Position numbers and translations under genes: made by a program. Of a stretch of DNA of 64,000 nucleotides, positions 1 to 16,600 are shown piece after piece. The first letter of the stretch is position 1. Every line of letters starts with the position of its first letter. The notes under the pieces were generated by a model. It searched no databases and was not told the origin of the DNA. It was given only the letters and a program-made list of their open reading frames with translations. Source of the stretch: the human T2T-CHM13v2.0 reference genome, Homo sapiens; NCBI RefSeq assembly GCF_009914755.1, contig NC_060942.1; one strand, written 5' to 3'.

Positions 1-128
1 TAATCAAGTTTTCTGGGTATAAAATTTAGTTCTTATTTTCAAGTGGTTTTCCATTAATTTGGAGGATCACTAAACTTCAGATTATATTATTTTTTCCTGT
101 TATATTAAACTTACACAGAGAACACTTT

Positions 129-329
129 GAGTGGGATTCTGGAGCTTGTTTGTATTGGCTGCTAAGAGATGATTATTAAATCATCAGGAATTTTGCAAGC
201 TGGTTCTTAGATACTTAGTAGCTGAAATTGGCCATGATGGGAGTATTGATATCGCAGAAATCAGCAAATCTATAAATTAGAGCCCTCCTCACACACCATG
301 GTGCTTAAACATGTACTAGTATGTCACTG
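129..329 (+). mobile_element. MER63A-like hAT-Blackjack DNA transposon relic
   Basis: Resembles recalled MER63A consensus (ttaaa..tcaggaattttgc.agc.ggtt, tgaaat.ggccatg.tgggagtatt, ttaaacat...cactg end). Confidence 0.7.
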
Positions 330-482
330 ACCAATTCATTCCCTTTGTGAGATGTTTCATCCAGGCACATGCCTGGAGTAGGAGTTCAGCACAGACTATC
401 AGAATGGCCTGCACTCAGGCGCTACTGCTGTAGTACAGGCCACTTTCCTTCCCAAAGAAACGCTGACTCCTCAATAAGCTTC

Positions 483-1322
<840 letters not shown>

Positions 1323-2386
1323 GCTTCTTTCCATTGTTTGTCAGCTTTTGCAGGACTTAAGAAAAACAATGTGCCTTACAATCAACTCAAAACATGAGTT
1401 GGGACAAATTAAGGGAAGATTAACTTTTCATGTAACAGTCTGAAAACTACTATCCTTGCTTCTGCAATAAGATTTAATACAACATTCACTCCTGATGGTG
1501 TATAAGGCTCCATATTTTCACAAAATACCTTCTCAGTATCCAAATAAATGGAATCACGTTCAATGTCATTTCAATATTATTTGTATTTTATTGTAAGTTT
1601 TTGCCAAACACTTAGGCATGAACAGTATATGTTAAACTTCAATTAATCACAGATAATTGCTGGATGTATTGGATACAAAAAAAATTATTTTAAAAATACA
1701 TGAAAGGTTTACTACCTAGAAAAAATGAAGAGAATGGTAGTTTTTCCTGTCCTATTTTTCTGGTTTCAAGTTGATGTGAGGATACTAAATTAGGCTGGAG
1801 CATTCTGTGGTGTCGTTCTGCTTTTCAAAGGTGAGTAATGATTTCTGCCATGTAAGTAGAGGAGATGATTGAATTCATGTCAACACTTTCCTAGTTCCTG
1901 GAAGAAGGTGTAAGCTAATAACCACATACAAAAGCACACACACACCCAGAGGAGTCAGGAGCTGGAAATATATGTTACTTGTTAGCAGGGGTGTTTAATG
2001 ACAAGGTCACATAAAAAGTCAAGATTTATATTCCTGTGAGTTTGTAGTAGGAGTCACTTAACTTGGTGATAAAATTAAAATAATGGATACTAACTAATCT
2101 GGAGGGTGTTTACTCCCCAAGTAGTAAGTATTTATAAAGGCCTGGGGACCCCTTATTACAAGAAAGGAACGAACAATTATTTATTTTGTCGTATCAAGGT
2201 GTTCTCTCCATAATAGATGCAGCTAAACAAGAAACCACAAGTATTTTATTATTATTTACTTGCCTAAAAATAAGTGACATTATAGACAATGAATAATTTT
2301 CTTACCACTGAATTTATAAATACGCTATGTAAACAGGACTGTGTAACAAGAGTAGTCCCAGATTGAACTGTGTTGTAGCTTTTGAC

Positions 2387-2843
2387 TCAGAAATAAAAAA
2401 GCAGCCCCTGACCTCCATGAATTGATCTGATTCTCACAGCTAAGTCATGTTGTCTTTTATTGCACATAAATAATCTCACAGAACACCCACCTCAGTCAAG
2501 GGCACTGTGAAACTCATAACAACCAAATATCTCCGTCTCACACTAAATGAGTGGCAGCTACTTCTTTATCAATTGCATCAATTGCATCTGCCCTTCCTAT
2601 AGAGAAGATTTATAAAAATGCTCAATCATATTTCTCTGACAACACCCGATCCAGAATGAATTTCCACTTACAAGACCCTCTCAAATCACCCAGGCTAGCC
2701 CAAATGTTATAGAGGTTCTTTCTCATGCCTTCTTACTGAGACACCCAATGATTCCCCATGGTGTGTGTTCTTTCTACCTACAAGGAGCACTCACCCAAAT
2801 TAAAAGGTATATCCTAGTGGTCTTTAGTTGGAAAGCATTGACA
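2387..2843 (+). mobile_element. ERV1-class solo LTR (LTR37-like)
   Basis: aaaaagcagcccctgac start and ggtctttagttggaaagcattgaca end resemble the recalled LTR37 consensus. Confidence 0.55.
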
Positions 2844-3022
2844 CTATTCCTATATATAATCCTCATGCAGGTGCCAACAGTTTTCTTCACACTCAGAGCA
2901 TAAAGGAAGAGCTTATATTATATTAATAAATACAATAATCTTCCTCGTTTTCTTATGACAATAGGAGGAGAGGGGTGTGGATATTTGGTTCCAACTTTTG
3001 CAAGAACAAGAGTCCATTTAAA

Positions 3023-3139
3023 CCTAGATGACGGGTTGATAGGTGCAGCAAACCACCATGGCACATGAATACCTATGTAACAAACCTGCATGTTCTGCAT
3101 ATGTATCCCAGAACTTAAGGTGTTTTTTTTTTTTTTTTA
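3023..3139 (+). mobile_element. Severely 5'-truncated L1PA 3' end with a poly(T) tract in place of poly(A)
   Basis: cctagatgacgggttgataggtgcagcaaaccaccatggcac...cccagaacttaa; 15-bp TSD aagagtccatttaaa at 3008-3022 and 3140-3154. Confidence 0.9.
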
Positions 3140-3159
3140 AAGAGTCCATTTAAAATTTT

Positions 3160-5325
<2,166 letters not shown>

Positions 5326-5488
5326 ACACTGAATAAAGAATTACTTTGAGCCATCCACACAGAGGCATGAGATCTGACACTGGAAGACAGGAGTCTATTG
5401 TAACTGATGTAAAACAAACAAAATCTTGGGGAAAATAATATCAGGATAGTATTTTGATTCTGGATTTATTTTAAGCATTGTGCACATC

Positions 5489-5670
5489 ACTGATTTGCAA
5501 AGCGTGGTCCTCACAGGTGGCATTGGACTCCCCCTGAGCTTGTGAGATATGTAAATAAATGGGTGCCGTGCTGACCTACTTCATCAGAATCTCAGGGGAT
5601 GGGGCTGAGGAATTGTGCTTCAGCTACTTCTCCAGGTGATGCCTATGCATGTAAAAGTTTGAAAACATGG
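5489..5670. mobile_element. MER5A-like hAT-Charlie MITE
   Basis: caaagcgtggtcc...gacctact..atcagaatct..ggggatgggg...ccaggtgat.cctatgca...aaagtttga.aac. Confidence 0.75.
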
Positions 5671-6444
5671 TATAGATGTGGTTTGAATCTCTCGAAACTT
5701 AGAAATCACTTAAAGTCTGCCTCAGATGAATGTATCTGCAGCACTTTGTGTACATGCCTGAAGTGCCATCAGATCAGCTAGCGCTCTCTCAATCTCAATC
5801 TCTCTCTCTCTCTCTTTCCTCTTTAAATATACCTCAACTGGAAAATATTGAAGAAGTAGCAGATAGCACTGAGTTCTTGATAATATCTTTGTATATTTTT
5901 ATATAATTATTTCCTTACTTAAAAATGAACTAGAAAGCAAAAGAAAAAATGAGCAACAAATATAAATACATTGTTTCAAATGAAGGTAAATGTAAACATA
6001 TTTTACATGAAAAAGTAAAGCCTTTAATGGCATTTGTTATTTTTAAAAATCTAAAAATAAAAATGCCAGTGAGAATGATATACCCCCACCTCAGAGAATG
6101 GTTTCTCCTGGAAGCAAGAAAAAGAAAAAGAATTAGAGGATAAGGTTCCAGTTGTATTAGTAACATTTTATTTTTAAAGAAAACACTATGTAAATCAACA
6201 TGAAAAAATATTACTTCTGATAAAGTCTAAAAAGTGGGCAGATAAGAAAATGCTGTATCATACTCCAAATTCTTGAAGTATTACAATAATAAAATAACTC
6301 AGGTATTTTAAAATTCAAAATAAAATATAATCTCTCAATTAAAAAATGGTTTTTTTTAGAACAATGATAAAGTGAACATAAGGAGCCAAACATTTTTATA
6401 CACTATGGATAAGAGTGTAAATTGGTAACACATATTATGTAAGA

Positions 6445-6860
6445 AACTATAGTTGGAATCATACAGACATTCCAGAACAGCTTCTTTCACCTACCAATAT
6501 GCATTTAAGGTTTCTCCATTTCTTTTCATGGCTTGATAACTCACTTGTTTTTAGGACAGAATAATATTCCATTACAGAATTACCACAATTTATCTATGCA
6601 TTCACCTATTATAGGACATCTTGGTTGTTTCCACATTTTGGCAATTATAATTAAAGCTGAAATAAACATCTGTGTACAGGTTTCTAATTAATTCTAATTA
6701 ATTTCTAATTGTGGTCACATATTTTCAACTTCTTGTCAATATTTTGTGTTGTCGGTGTTTTGGATTCAGGCCATACTAACCGGTGTGTAGTGATATGTCA
6801 TTGCTTACATTTGCAATCCCCTAACGGCATATGAAGTTGCGAGTCTTGACTGACTTGCCT
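6445..6860 (-). mobile_element. L1M 3' region fragment
   Basis: Antisense L1 3' motifs (ggaatcatacag, cattcacctatt..aggacatcttggttgtttccac.ttttggc, tgtagtgatat.tcattg). Confidence 0.7.
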
Positions 6861-8616
6861 ACCATTGTCAATTTTTTTTAACCTTGTCAAATGTCCCTCT
6901 TTCAAACATCGCTCTCCCCTGTATGGAAATCTTTCCTCCTGAGGTTTGGGTAAATAAATGAGAAAGATAAGAGGAGATCTTAAGATGAGAAATTTCAGTA
7001 AATGTGCTTGAGAGTTTGGAATGGAACGCCATATCATAACAGTTTATGTAATTTAATAAAAATAGTTTATGTGCTCCTTTAGGTGTTAAATTCATATACA
7101 GAGATACATTAATTAAGCCTTTCTCACCTGCCTTACCTGAAAACATCATAGATTAAATGTTAGAGCCAAATATCACCCTGTGGGAAACTAACTGTAGTTT
7201 GAGAGGTTGTGTTTTTTGTTTTTTTGTTTTTGTTTTTGTTTGTTTGTTTTTTGTTTTTTGTTTTTGGAAGGAGAAACAAAGAGAGTTACAAAAAAATAGG
7301 AAGGAGAAACTCGGTGTTATGTGTATTGTCCACAAAACAAATATACGTGAAGAGTATCTTGTTTTGGTTTCAATAATTTTATTGTATTTTGCACTACAAA
7401 TGGATATCTTCCCGTATGTTCATGGCTTTCAAGTAAAAAATACATTTCTTTAACTTATTTGATGATGTATTAGAAACAGGCACATCTAACATCTTAGAAA
7501 TATAAGAGAAAAATATTTCTTGTTTTTCTACCAATACCTCATCTTTTATCTGAACTCCAAGGTTTAAAGAGGATGAGAAGTCTCCCAGGCACCAACCTGT
7601 CTATGCTCACGGCACAACACTGGCACCTACATATGGGCTCTAACCGAAAGACTGATTTGGACTGATTTGGACTGATTTGATGGCAACTCACGTGTGTTAC
7701 TCCAGCGATTCAAGCCTGTGCTTTACCAAAAGGAAAGCTAAACTCAGTCCCATTGGATTCACTAAGACTTGATCCTTTTCAAAAAATAAAATGTGTAAAA
7801 CTAAATAAATAGTATTTCTTTTTGAAATATCATGGCTCAAAGCAACTTCAACACTCAACACTGATGGGATCAGGAATGATTGACCGTTTTCATGGGAGAT
7901 AATGACACACATTACTTATTTTCATTGGAGGAATTTATGAAGTGTGGAAATATTGCTTATCCATAGGCATGTAGGACAGACATAAAGAGAACAAGACTTA
8001 GAAGAAAATTGCCTTCTTAGTGGATGGCTATAGGTATTGTCAAGAGGATGTTTGCATTCTCAAAGAGTAACTGAGGGACTGCAGACATTAGCTAGGATTA
8101 TCATGATGATAATAATTATAGTAATAATTACTTACATTATCTTTAACTGTTGGCACAATTCTTCCCCAGACATTTTCAGAATAAGAAAATCAGAGTATGG
8201 GAACGTTTCTCCCTGAAAAATGAATGCAACCAAGAAAAATTTCAACTATCTCTAAAATAAATATAGACTTGCCTTGGCTCTCAGCCCACTTCCAGTTGGA
8301 AATAAACAAAATTCGGAAACTATTTGCTTCAGAATCAGCCTGTTTATACCATACCCATCATGTTGGTTGAGTGGTTTTTTGTAATTTTCAGAGTAATTTA
8401 ATTCCAGTCTTCTACTTAACATGTAAAGGAAAAGAAACACTTTCTGGGGAAAGGAACCACCTATTTGCCACAATCGAACACTTGCTGTGACTGATACATA
8501 GTATATATGGAATAAATATTTGCTGAGTATTACAAAAAGACAAAAAACTACAATGAAACCATAGATGTATCTGCAAAGTTTGTATAACTTGTCTGTATGT
8601 AGACTGGAGAATTCTT

Positions 8617-8902
8617 TTTTTTGTTTTGTTTTGTTTTGTTTTGTTTTGACACCGAGTCTGGCTCTGTCGCCCAGGCTGGAGTGCATGGCGCTCGGCTCAC
8701 CGCAAGCTCCACCTCCCAGGTTCACGCCATTCTCCTGCCTCAGCCTCCTGAGCAGCTGGGCCTACAGGTGCCTGCCACCACGCCCAGCTAATGTTTTGTA
8801 TTTTTAGTAGAGATGGGGTTTCACCATGTTAGCCAAGATAGTCTCGATCTCCTGACCTCGTGATCCGCCTGCCTCCGCCTCCCAAACTGCTGGGATGACA
8901 GG
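8617..8902 (-). mobile_element. AluY, slightly 5'-truncated
   Basis: AluY diagnostics (gcaagctcc, ttcacgccattctcc, tagccaagat.gtctcgatctcc); flanking gaattctt duplicated. Confidence 0.93.
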
Positions 8903-9259
8903 GGAATTCTTACCTGCTCATCTGAAGTGTTCAGGTGAATGTCAGTAGTACACTGAAATTCTCATATTCTGCTGTAGGCATTGTGACATAAGTAAACTCC
9001 ACTGTACTTATGAGTGTTTTTGGATGTGTTGAGAGAAGCATCCAGCTCCGGTTGAAACACTGGAACATCATTCAGTGCCTTTTATCAACTAGGACCATGC
9101 CCCCTGACTCTTGGAATATTTTCTCTTTTTATTCTTGCCTTCTTTCATTTTGCCTTAACTTTTTTACACAGACAGAACTATATATGCCCTGACATTTTCT
9201 CCCATGAGAGTGATTTAAATGTTAAGTGTATAGTGTTGCAATAAACATGGGACTGCAGT

Positions 9260-9712
9260 TAGAACTGAGGACCTTATGTTGCATGAAATAAGCCACGCAC
9301 AGAAGGACACACTTTGGATGATCTCAGTCATTTGCAGAAGCTAAAAATTAAAGCAATTGAACTCATGAAGACAGAGTAGAATGATGGTTACTAGAGGCTG
9401 GTAACGGTAGTAGTGGGTGGAGAAAGTGGGATAGTTAATGGGTACAAAAATATAATTAGATAGAATGAAGAAGATCTAGTATTTGATAGCACAACAGGGT
9501 GACTACAGCCAACAATAATTTATTGTATACTTAAACATAAATAAAAGAGTATAACTGAAATGTTTGTAACACAAAGACATGATGAATGCTTGAGATGATT
9601 AATGCCACATTTACCCTGATGCAATCACTACACATTATATGCCTGTATCAAAATATTTTATGTATTCCATAAATATACGCACCTACTGTGTACCCACACA
9701 AATTAAAAAATT
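9260..9712 (+). mobile_element. L1MA 3' end
   Basis: gaaataagcca.gcacagaa.gaca...gaatgatggtta.tagaggctgg...gatagcacaacagggtgactaca...tgtacccac.caaattaaaaa. Confidence 0.88.
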
Positions 9713-9826
9713 CAATGCTAAGTGTCCCATACCTGAACAAAACCAAGGCTCTCACATAGTAAATGAAAGAATGGAGGTCTTCGGAGGTTCATTTATTTGC
9801 CAAAGGACCCATATTTAATTACTGGC

Positions 9827-10389
9827 TGTACTGGTTATCTATTGCTCTATAACAAAAGCTTAGACACTAAAAGTAACAAATAGTTATTATCTCACAAAAT
9901 TTTTTGAGGGTCAGGCCTCCAGGAACATCTTAGTTCTGGTTCTCGGTCTCCCACAAGGTTGTAGTTCATACATCGGTCAGGGCTGCAGCCATCTGAAGGG
10001 TTGACTGGGCTGGAGCATCTGATTCCAAGATCGCTAAGTGGCTGTTGGCCAGTGGCCTCCAAGCCTCACCATGTGGCCAGCTGGATTTCCTCAAAGCAAA
10101 TGATCTGAGACAGAGAAAGAGAAAGAAAGAGGAAGAGGAGGAAGGGAATGAGGAGAGGAAGAAAGAGAAAACCTGAAATGTCACTTGTAACCTAATTTTA
10201 GAAGAGGTATACAGTTATATCTGATGTATTCTATGGGAAACACAGATCAATTTTGATAAATGGAAGTAACCGTCATTCTACTCTGTCTTCATGAATTCAA
10301 TTGCTTCATGAGTTCAAATCCTTCACAAGAGGATTTGAATACCTGGGGGTGAAGATCACTGGGGGTCATCTTGGAAGCTGACTACTGTA
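9827..10389 (-). mobile_element. MLT1F/G-like MaLR LTR nested in a MIR (MIR halves about 9750-9826 and 10390-10452)
   Basis: tgtactggttatctattgct start, ggtcatcttggaagctgactac end; near-TSD ctggc/gtggc; MIR sequence resumes after the LTR. Confidence 0.75.
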
Positions 10390-11499
10390 GTGGCCTAGCA
10401 AGAATTACACACCAGGTGTTCTAACTTAAGTCCATGCTCTTTTCACTACACTTTACATCATTTATCATCCCCTTCTTTTGTTGAATGTTTTGTAATTTTC
10501 TTATTCTATATCTCAGATGATATCTATATAAATTCCAATTATCTTTATGTGATTAAAACTTAAAAACTATAATAATAAAAATATTTTATAACTATAGCTC
10601 AATTCTTAGCATAATTGCCATCAAACTTGATAACAAAGTTATCAAAACATAACTTTCTTATTGAAACCAAAAATGATAACAGGTGGATTGTACATAGTCT
10701 AGATATAGTTAAAGAGAGAGTACAGATCTAAGAATTTAGACTGAAAAAAAATACCAGAATGCCACACACAGAAATAAGAAAAAATATGAAAAATGTCAAA
10801 GATTAGAGAAATATGATAGATCAAAAAGCCTCAATATTTAAGAAGAATTCCAAAAATGAAAGAATTGAGAATATAAAATAGAGTCAATATTTGGCTGAGA
10901 ATTTTCCAGAATTAGAGCAAGATATGACTACTCAAACCGGGGAAAAGAATATATTTCTTAATTTAACTGTCGAAATAATCACTTTAATTAAGGATTATTT
11001 CAGGTAAATAAAATAAGCACAGAAAAGATAAAAATAAACTGGTTAAATCTGCCCAGTGACAAGTGGTGGAATCGTCATTCTAATTCCCAAGCCTCTTCCC
11101 CACGAGCGCCTACATCTTGGTCATTTACGTTAACACGTGCCCACAGTGGTGCCTGTACCTAATTCAAAACCCTGCCCCTTCCTGAATACCTGCTTTCTGA
11201 GATCACCTGGGCAGATCAAATAAACTCCAGAGACACAGCATTTGGAAGGACGAATGAGACTGAACATCCATCCTAAGCAAATAAAATGCCAACAGCATAA
11301 ACCAATCCATTTTTGCAGAATAGTAAGTAAGTAAGTTTAGTTAGAAAAAGAGTCAATTTCAGGAGAATCTTGAACTAAGACTAGGATGTTTGAATTCAAC
11401 TTTGTACATTGGGCATGAATTCTTTCCGTACCATGCCATAAGTTTCTTGAGCTAAAGGTGTGTTTTATTCACCCATAAGGTTGCATGCACAGGATAGAC

Positions 11500-11800
11500 T
11501 CTTCTAGATGTGTGATAAGTTCTAGAACTAAACCCTGAAGAACACTCACATTTAGGATATGGAAACAGAAAAAGAAGGCAATTAGGAAGACAGAGGAGAG
11601 TTCAGGGAGATAAGAGAATAACAGTGTTAAGGATGGTAAAGTACTGCCTAGAAGAGAAGAGGTAACATCAATGTCCAATGTCCCTGAGAGGCTAAAAAAA
11701 TTAAACATATATAAAAGGTAATTGGGTGTGGTAATTGAGAGATGAGTAGTAAATTTTTCAGAATATACTTTCAGGAGAATATAAGGAGGAAAATCAGGTA
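11500..11800 (+). mobile_element. L2 relic
   Basis: aaaccctgaagaacactcacattta...atcaatgtccaatg.ccctgagaggc, typical degraded L2 3' region. Confidence 0.5.
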
Positions 11801-12266
11801 CATGATGTAATTTTTGACCTCTGGAAATTTGGAAGACAAGATATAATCAAATACAATAAGCAATAATAATTATGAGTCACTACATTTTTGGAATTTCAGC
11901 AGTATGTCTTTGGTGTATGATTGTGTCAAATCATCTCTACTAACTCACAAAAAAAAATCTAATTCTGAGAATATTCTGAGATGGCCAAAATACTTAGCAC
12001 TAGAAAGACAGAATGTTGTAATTAAACTCTTATTGTTTGTTATAATTAACTAAAACAATACCCTTAATCATTATATAATCTGTCTTAGATTTGAAGACTC
12101 AGAATCTATCCCTTGTATAAGTAGAAACAACATTCACGTGGTCATTTAGAAATAGTATTTTTCTCTCTTCAAACTTAAAGAATAAGTTTAATGAGGATAA
12201 TGTTACTGCTTATTAAGTTTAAATTTTAGGGCAAAATTCCCTTAGAAATGTTTTTTTTTTTTTTTC

Positions 12267-12575
12267 AGCCAGGTGCTGGTGGCTCACGCCTGTAATCCCA
12301 GCATTTTGGGAGGCTGGGGCAGGCAGATCATGAGGTCAAGAGATCAAGACCATCCTGGCCAACATTGTGAAACCCCGTCTCTACCAAAAATACACAAATT
12401 AGCTGGGCGTGGTGGCGCATGCCTGTAGTCCCAGCTACTCAGGAGGCTGAGGCAGAAGAGTTGCTTGAACCCGGGAGACGGAGGTTGCAGTGAGCTGAGA
12501 TCACTGCACTCCAGTTTGGGCGACAGTACGAGATTCTGTCTCAAAAAAAAAAAAAAAAAAAAAGACAGAGAAAAA
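12267..12575 (+). mobile_element. AluSc
   Basis: gatcatgaggtcaagagatcaagaccatcctggccaac diagnostic; long A-tail. Confidence 0.95.
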
Positions 12576-14152
12576 GAAATATATTTTTTTCTCTAAGACA
12601 GAAAGGCATTGATTTCTTTTTATATTTCTTTCTTCAAATGGCAATCTTTGCTTATGATATTATCATTCTTATTTATTCATTACAAAAATATTATATATAT
12701 TTAGTTATAAGATACATATAGTGTATGTATCTATCCATATTCACAGCCCAGACAAAGAAGGAGGGTCTTACCTCCTGGGGCCTGAGTAGGGCATTTTTAA
12801 GTAGTCTGCTAACTTTTTCAACCCAAGTCAAGAATAAGAGGGCAAGAAATGTGTATAATTGTCAATACTATTGAGGATTAGTCTAGTTATCTTTGTTGCA
12901 AGGCAAATGAGTTTCGTTAGTACAATCTCTTTATTATTAAGAAGTGTTTACGTTCCCAAATGCTTTCTTCTCTGAAAATCAAAGTTCTCAAGAGAGGAGC
13001 AGCCAATAGCTATGCTCAGGTCCAAGAGAACTACAGAAAATGAATCACAACTATAGTTTACTTTTATAGAGAAAAATAACTGTAATCTAATGTTTGCAAA
13101 TGCATATGCATTTGAACAATCTCTACTCATTTCCTTGTTAAAAACAAAAAGAGCTTCTGAACCCTACTGGTCCACCCAGTCAGCTGTTCCTCCCCATTTT
13201 TCTATTTCTAACAGGTCTTAAGAACGTTTTCTATCTCATTTTTACCTCTTAATCTTCAAGACATTTAAAAATGGCCTCTGACCTCACAACTTTAGCATTT
13301 ACCTATATCCATGTATTTTTCATAGTAAATGTATGGATGTCATGTGGAAAATTCAAAGATAAAACACAGAAGACCATGTAGTAAGTGAGTGGTAGTTACT
13401 GCTATTTAGGGTAGCTGCTCCTCTACAGCAGGACCTAGGATTTGAGAGGCTGGGTTGGTGACAAAGAAGCAGATGCCCAGGAAAACTTGCTAGTATAAAC
13501 CCCTATGACATTTTTCATTACCTTGACAATTTTTTCTCCTCTAGTTCTCAGATAATGGTCCAATCTTATCTTACGCTTGATGGAGTTACCCCAGTACTGA
13601 CAGAGAATACTTGAACTAAAATGCAGCCCCCAAAGTATGACAGGTCTGTCTTTGCTGATATTTAATGCACAGCTAGTTCTCCTGAAAGACAAAACTTTGC
13701 TTTATTACTTATTTTTATATCAAGAGGCAGATTGAAAGCAAACAAGGGAGGAAGAGAGTGTGGATAGGGTCAAAGGCTAAATTCTCTGAGGAAAGATGTG
13801 CGCACACAGCTGAACACCAGACCAGGGTAGAAAATAACAGTAAAGATAAGCTTGATTTCAGTACATGGAAAATTCCTTTATCCTTCCTAATTTAAATTAT
13901 AAATCTGCTTCATCTGTTGATGATCTGTGATTCCCAGCAACTTATTCTTATACATTGTGATATATATTTTTGAACATATGAGACAGGAATAATAACATTA
14001 ACTCTGGCCCTCTAGTGATATTGGAAAGATAAATCAGATAATATTTCAAAAAGTATAAAAAGTTTCTTTAGAAGAAAATTATTATATCAATCCAAGCTAC
14101 AAATGTAATTGCAAGACAATATTCTTTTTATTAATTGACCTAGGAAAAGATT

Positions 14153-14786
14153 TGCTACCGGAAAAGGGTCCTGATCCAGACCCCAAAAGAAGGTTCTTGA
14201 ATCTGGCACAAGAAAGGATTTGGGGCAAGTCTATAGAGGAAAGTGAAAGCAAGTTTATTAAGAAAGTAAAGAAAGAAACAAAAGAATGGCTACTCCATAG
14301 GCAGAGCAGTCGTGAGGGTTGCTGGTTGGCTATTTCTATGGTTATTTCTTGATTACATGCTAAACAATTGGTGGATTGTTCGTGAGTTTTCCAGGAAACA
14401 GGTGGGAAATTCCCAGAACTGAAGGTTCCTCCCTTTTTTAGACCATATAGGGTAACTTCTGGGCATTGCAGTAGCATTTGTAAACTGTCATGGTGCTGAT
14501 GGGAGTGTCTCTTAGCATGCTAATACATTACAATTAGCATTTAATGAGCAGTGAGGATGACCTGATGTAGCTTTCATTGCCATCTTGGTTTGGTGGGTTT
14601 TGGCTGGTTTCATTACAGCATCCTGATTCATCAGCAAGGTCTTTATGACCTGTAACTTGTGACCTCCTATCTCATCCTGTGACTAAGAATGCCTAACCTC
14701 CTGGAAATGCACCCTAGCAGGTCTCATCCTTATTTTACCCAGCCCCTGTTCAAGATGGAGTCACTTTGGTTCACATGCCTCTGATA
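14153..14786 (-). mobile_element. MER41B ERV1 solo LTR
   Basis: Reverse complement begins like MER41 (t.tcagaggcatgtgaaccaaagtgactccatcttgaa) and ends ggatcaggacccttttccggtagca; keeps the GAS-containing segment that distinguishes MER41B from MER41A. Confidence 0.88.
14389..14418. promoter_or_regulatory. Tandem STAT GAS motifs in MER41B
   Basis: TTCCAGGAA (14389-14397) and TTCCCAGAA (14410-14418), both matching TTCnnnGAA. Confidence 0.6.
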
Positions 14787-15235
14787 GTATCTAAGTCTTG
14801 TGAAAGGATTTGGCATTGTTGATGTGGGGCTAGTGAAAACCAACGGAGGAAAGAGCACTTGTCTTACAGTGTTTTATTCATTAACTCACCTTATGTATAT
14901 GTGTAGATGTAGATACAGCTATGGATGTAGATTTATATAGAGAAATATAGCAACTCTTAGGTATGGCACTATGATAGTTATTAAAGGGTATTTTAAAAAT
15001 TGTTGCTTTCCAGAGTTTAAAATAATGTTAGCAAAACAAGATAATTATATAGTCTTTTGGATGTTTATTCATACTTTTTGGGTAGTGTGAATATAGAGAA
15101 CAAATGTATCATGGTTTAAAACATCAGAATTTGATTTTTTTCTCTAAAAATTATATACTAGCAAATACTATTGTTCTTAATTCAACAGATTAAATTATCA
15201 TAAACATTGACTATGCTTGAAAAATAGAACTTTTC

Positions 15236-15549
<314 letters not shown>

Positions 15550-15762
15550 AAAATAGGACTTTTCCAAAAATTTAAAAGTGGGTTTAAAGAATGTCTGTGC
15601 AGCAGCTTTAAGATTTGTTAAACAAATGGATCCATGCAAACAGAAGCAATTAGTATTATAGAGTTTTCATTTTGTAAATTTGCCAGACTAAATATTTTAT
15701 TAAATTTGTGTCTGCTTTAAAAACTCTTGCTGCTAAAACAGTTTTGTAAATATAAACCATAT

Positions 15763-16362
15763 TGAGAGGGGAACTGGAGTGGCTAACTTCACTCAGCCCA
15801 CCGCTGGCCACTCTCCTCGTGAGAGGGAGCATGTAAGCGAGTGCAGGAACCAGAGGGAAGGAACACTGAAACCGGCCAGTCACTCCTTTCTGGCAGGAGC
15901 AGGCTCTATGCAGGCTCTGCAGCAGTGTCCAAGCTCCTGCCCTCTTGGCACTCAGGTTCTTGTCTGGCCTCCAGGAAGAATCAGGTCGCACAAATGGATT
16001 GAAGGGTAGTGTATGCAGAGGATTTTAATGGGTGATAAAAGTGGCTATCAGAGGGGTGGGGAATTGGAAAGGGGATGGTGTAGGAAGAAGGTGATCTATC
16101 CCTGAAGACATACTGTCTGAAGTTAGCCGCATCTATCTGTAGTCTCTGATGCTAAGTTGCTGCTTCTCTGCCTACTGCTTAGCAGCTTGTATCCCTCTGC
16201 TAGCTAAAGTCTTTTAGGTAGTGTGAATGGGCACAAGATAGAGGCATGGCAGGTCAAAACAGCAACATATGGGTGGAAAAATGGGGTCAGCTGTTTTCAC
16301 TTAGAACCAGGTTCCAGGCTTAAGGGTGGATGTTTAGCCAGGAGCCCAGCTGTTCTGTATCA
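15763..16362 (-). mobile_element. ERV1 solo LTR of the LTR1/LTR27/LTR28/MER52 group
   Basis: TG...CA ends; reverse complement tgatacagaacagctgggctcctggctaaac..cacccttaagcctggaacc; near-TSD atat/atac. Confidence 0.75.
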
Positions 16363-16440
16363 ATACTATTGTCTAATTTCATCACGGCGCTTCAAAATGA
16401 TACAAAAAAGACTCGTGACATAAAATTATATATATATATA

Positions 16441-16600
16441 ACTGGGCACAGTGGAATGCATCTGTACTTCCAGCTACTCAAGCGGCTGAGGCAGGAGGGT
16501 CTTGAGCCCAGGAGTTTGAAGCTGTAGTGTGCCATGATCATACCTGTGAATAGCCACTGTACTCCAGCCTGGGCAACATAGGGGACCCCATCACTAAAAC
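16441..16600 (+). mobile_element. FAM (fossil Alu monomer)
   Basis: Monomer carrying the FAM-specific segment gccatgatcatacctgtgaatagccactg. Confidence 0.85.

Noticed and set aside
7650-7680. Short direct repeats as a CRISPR-like array
   Set aside because: Contiguous 10-bp tandem repeats without spacers, in primate DNA.
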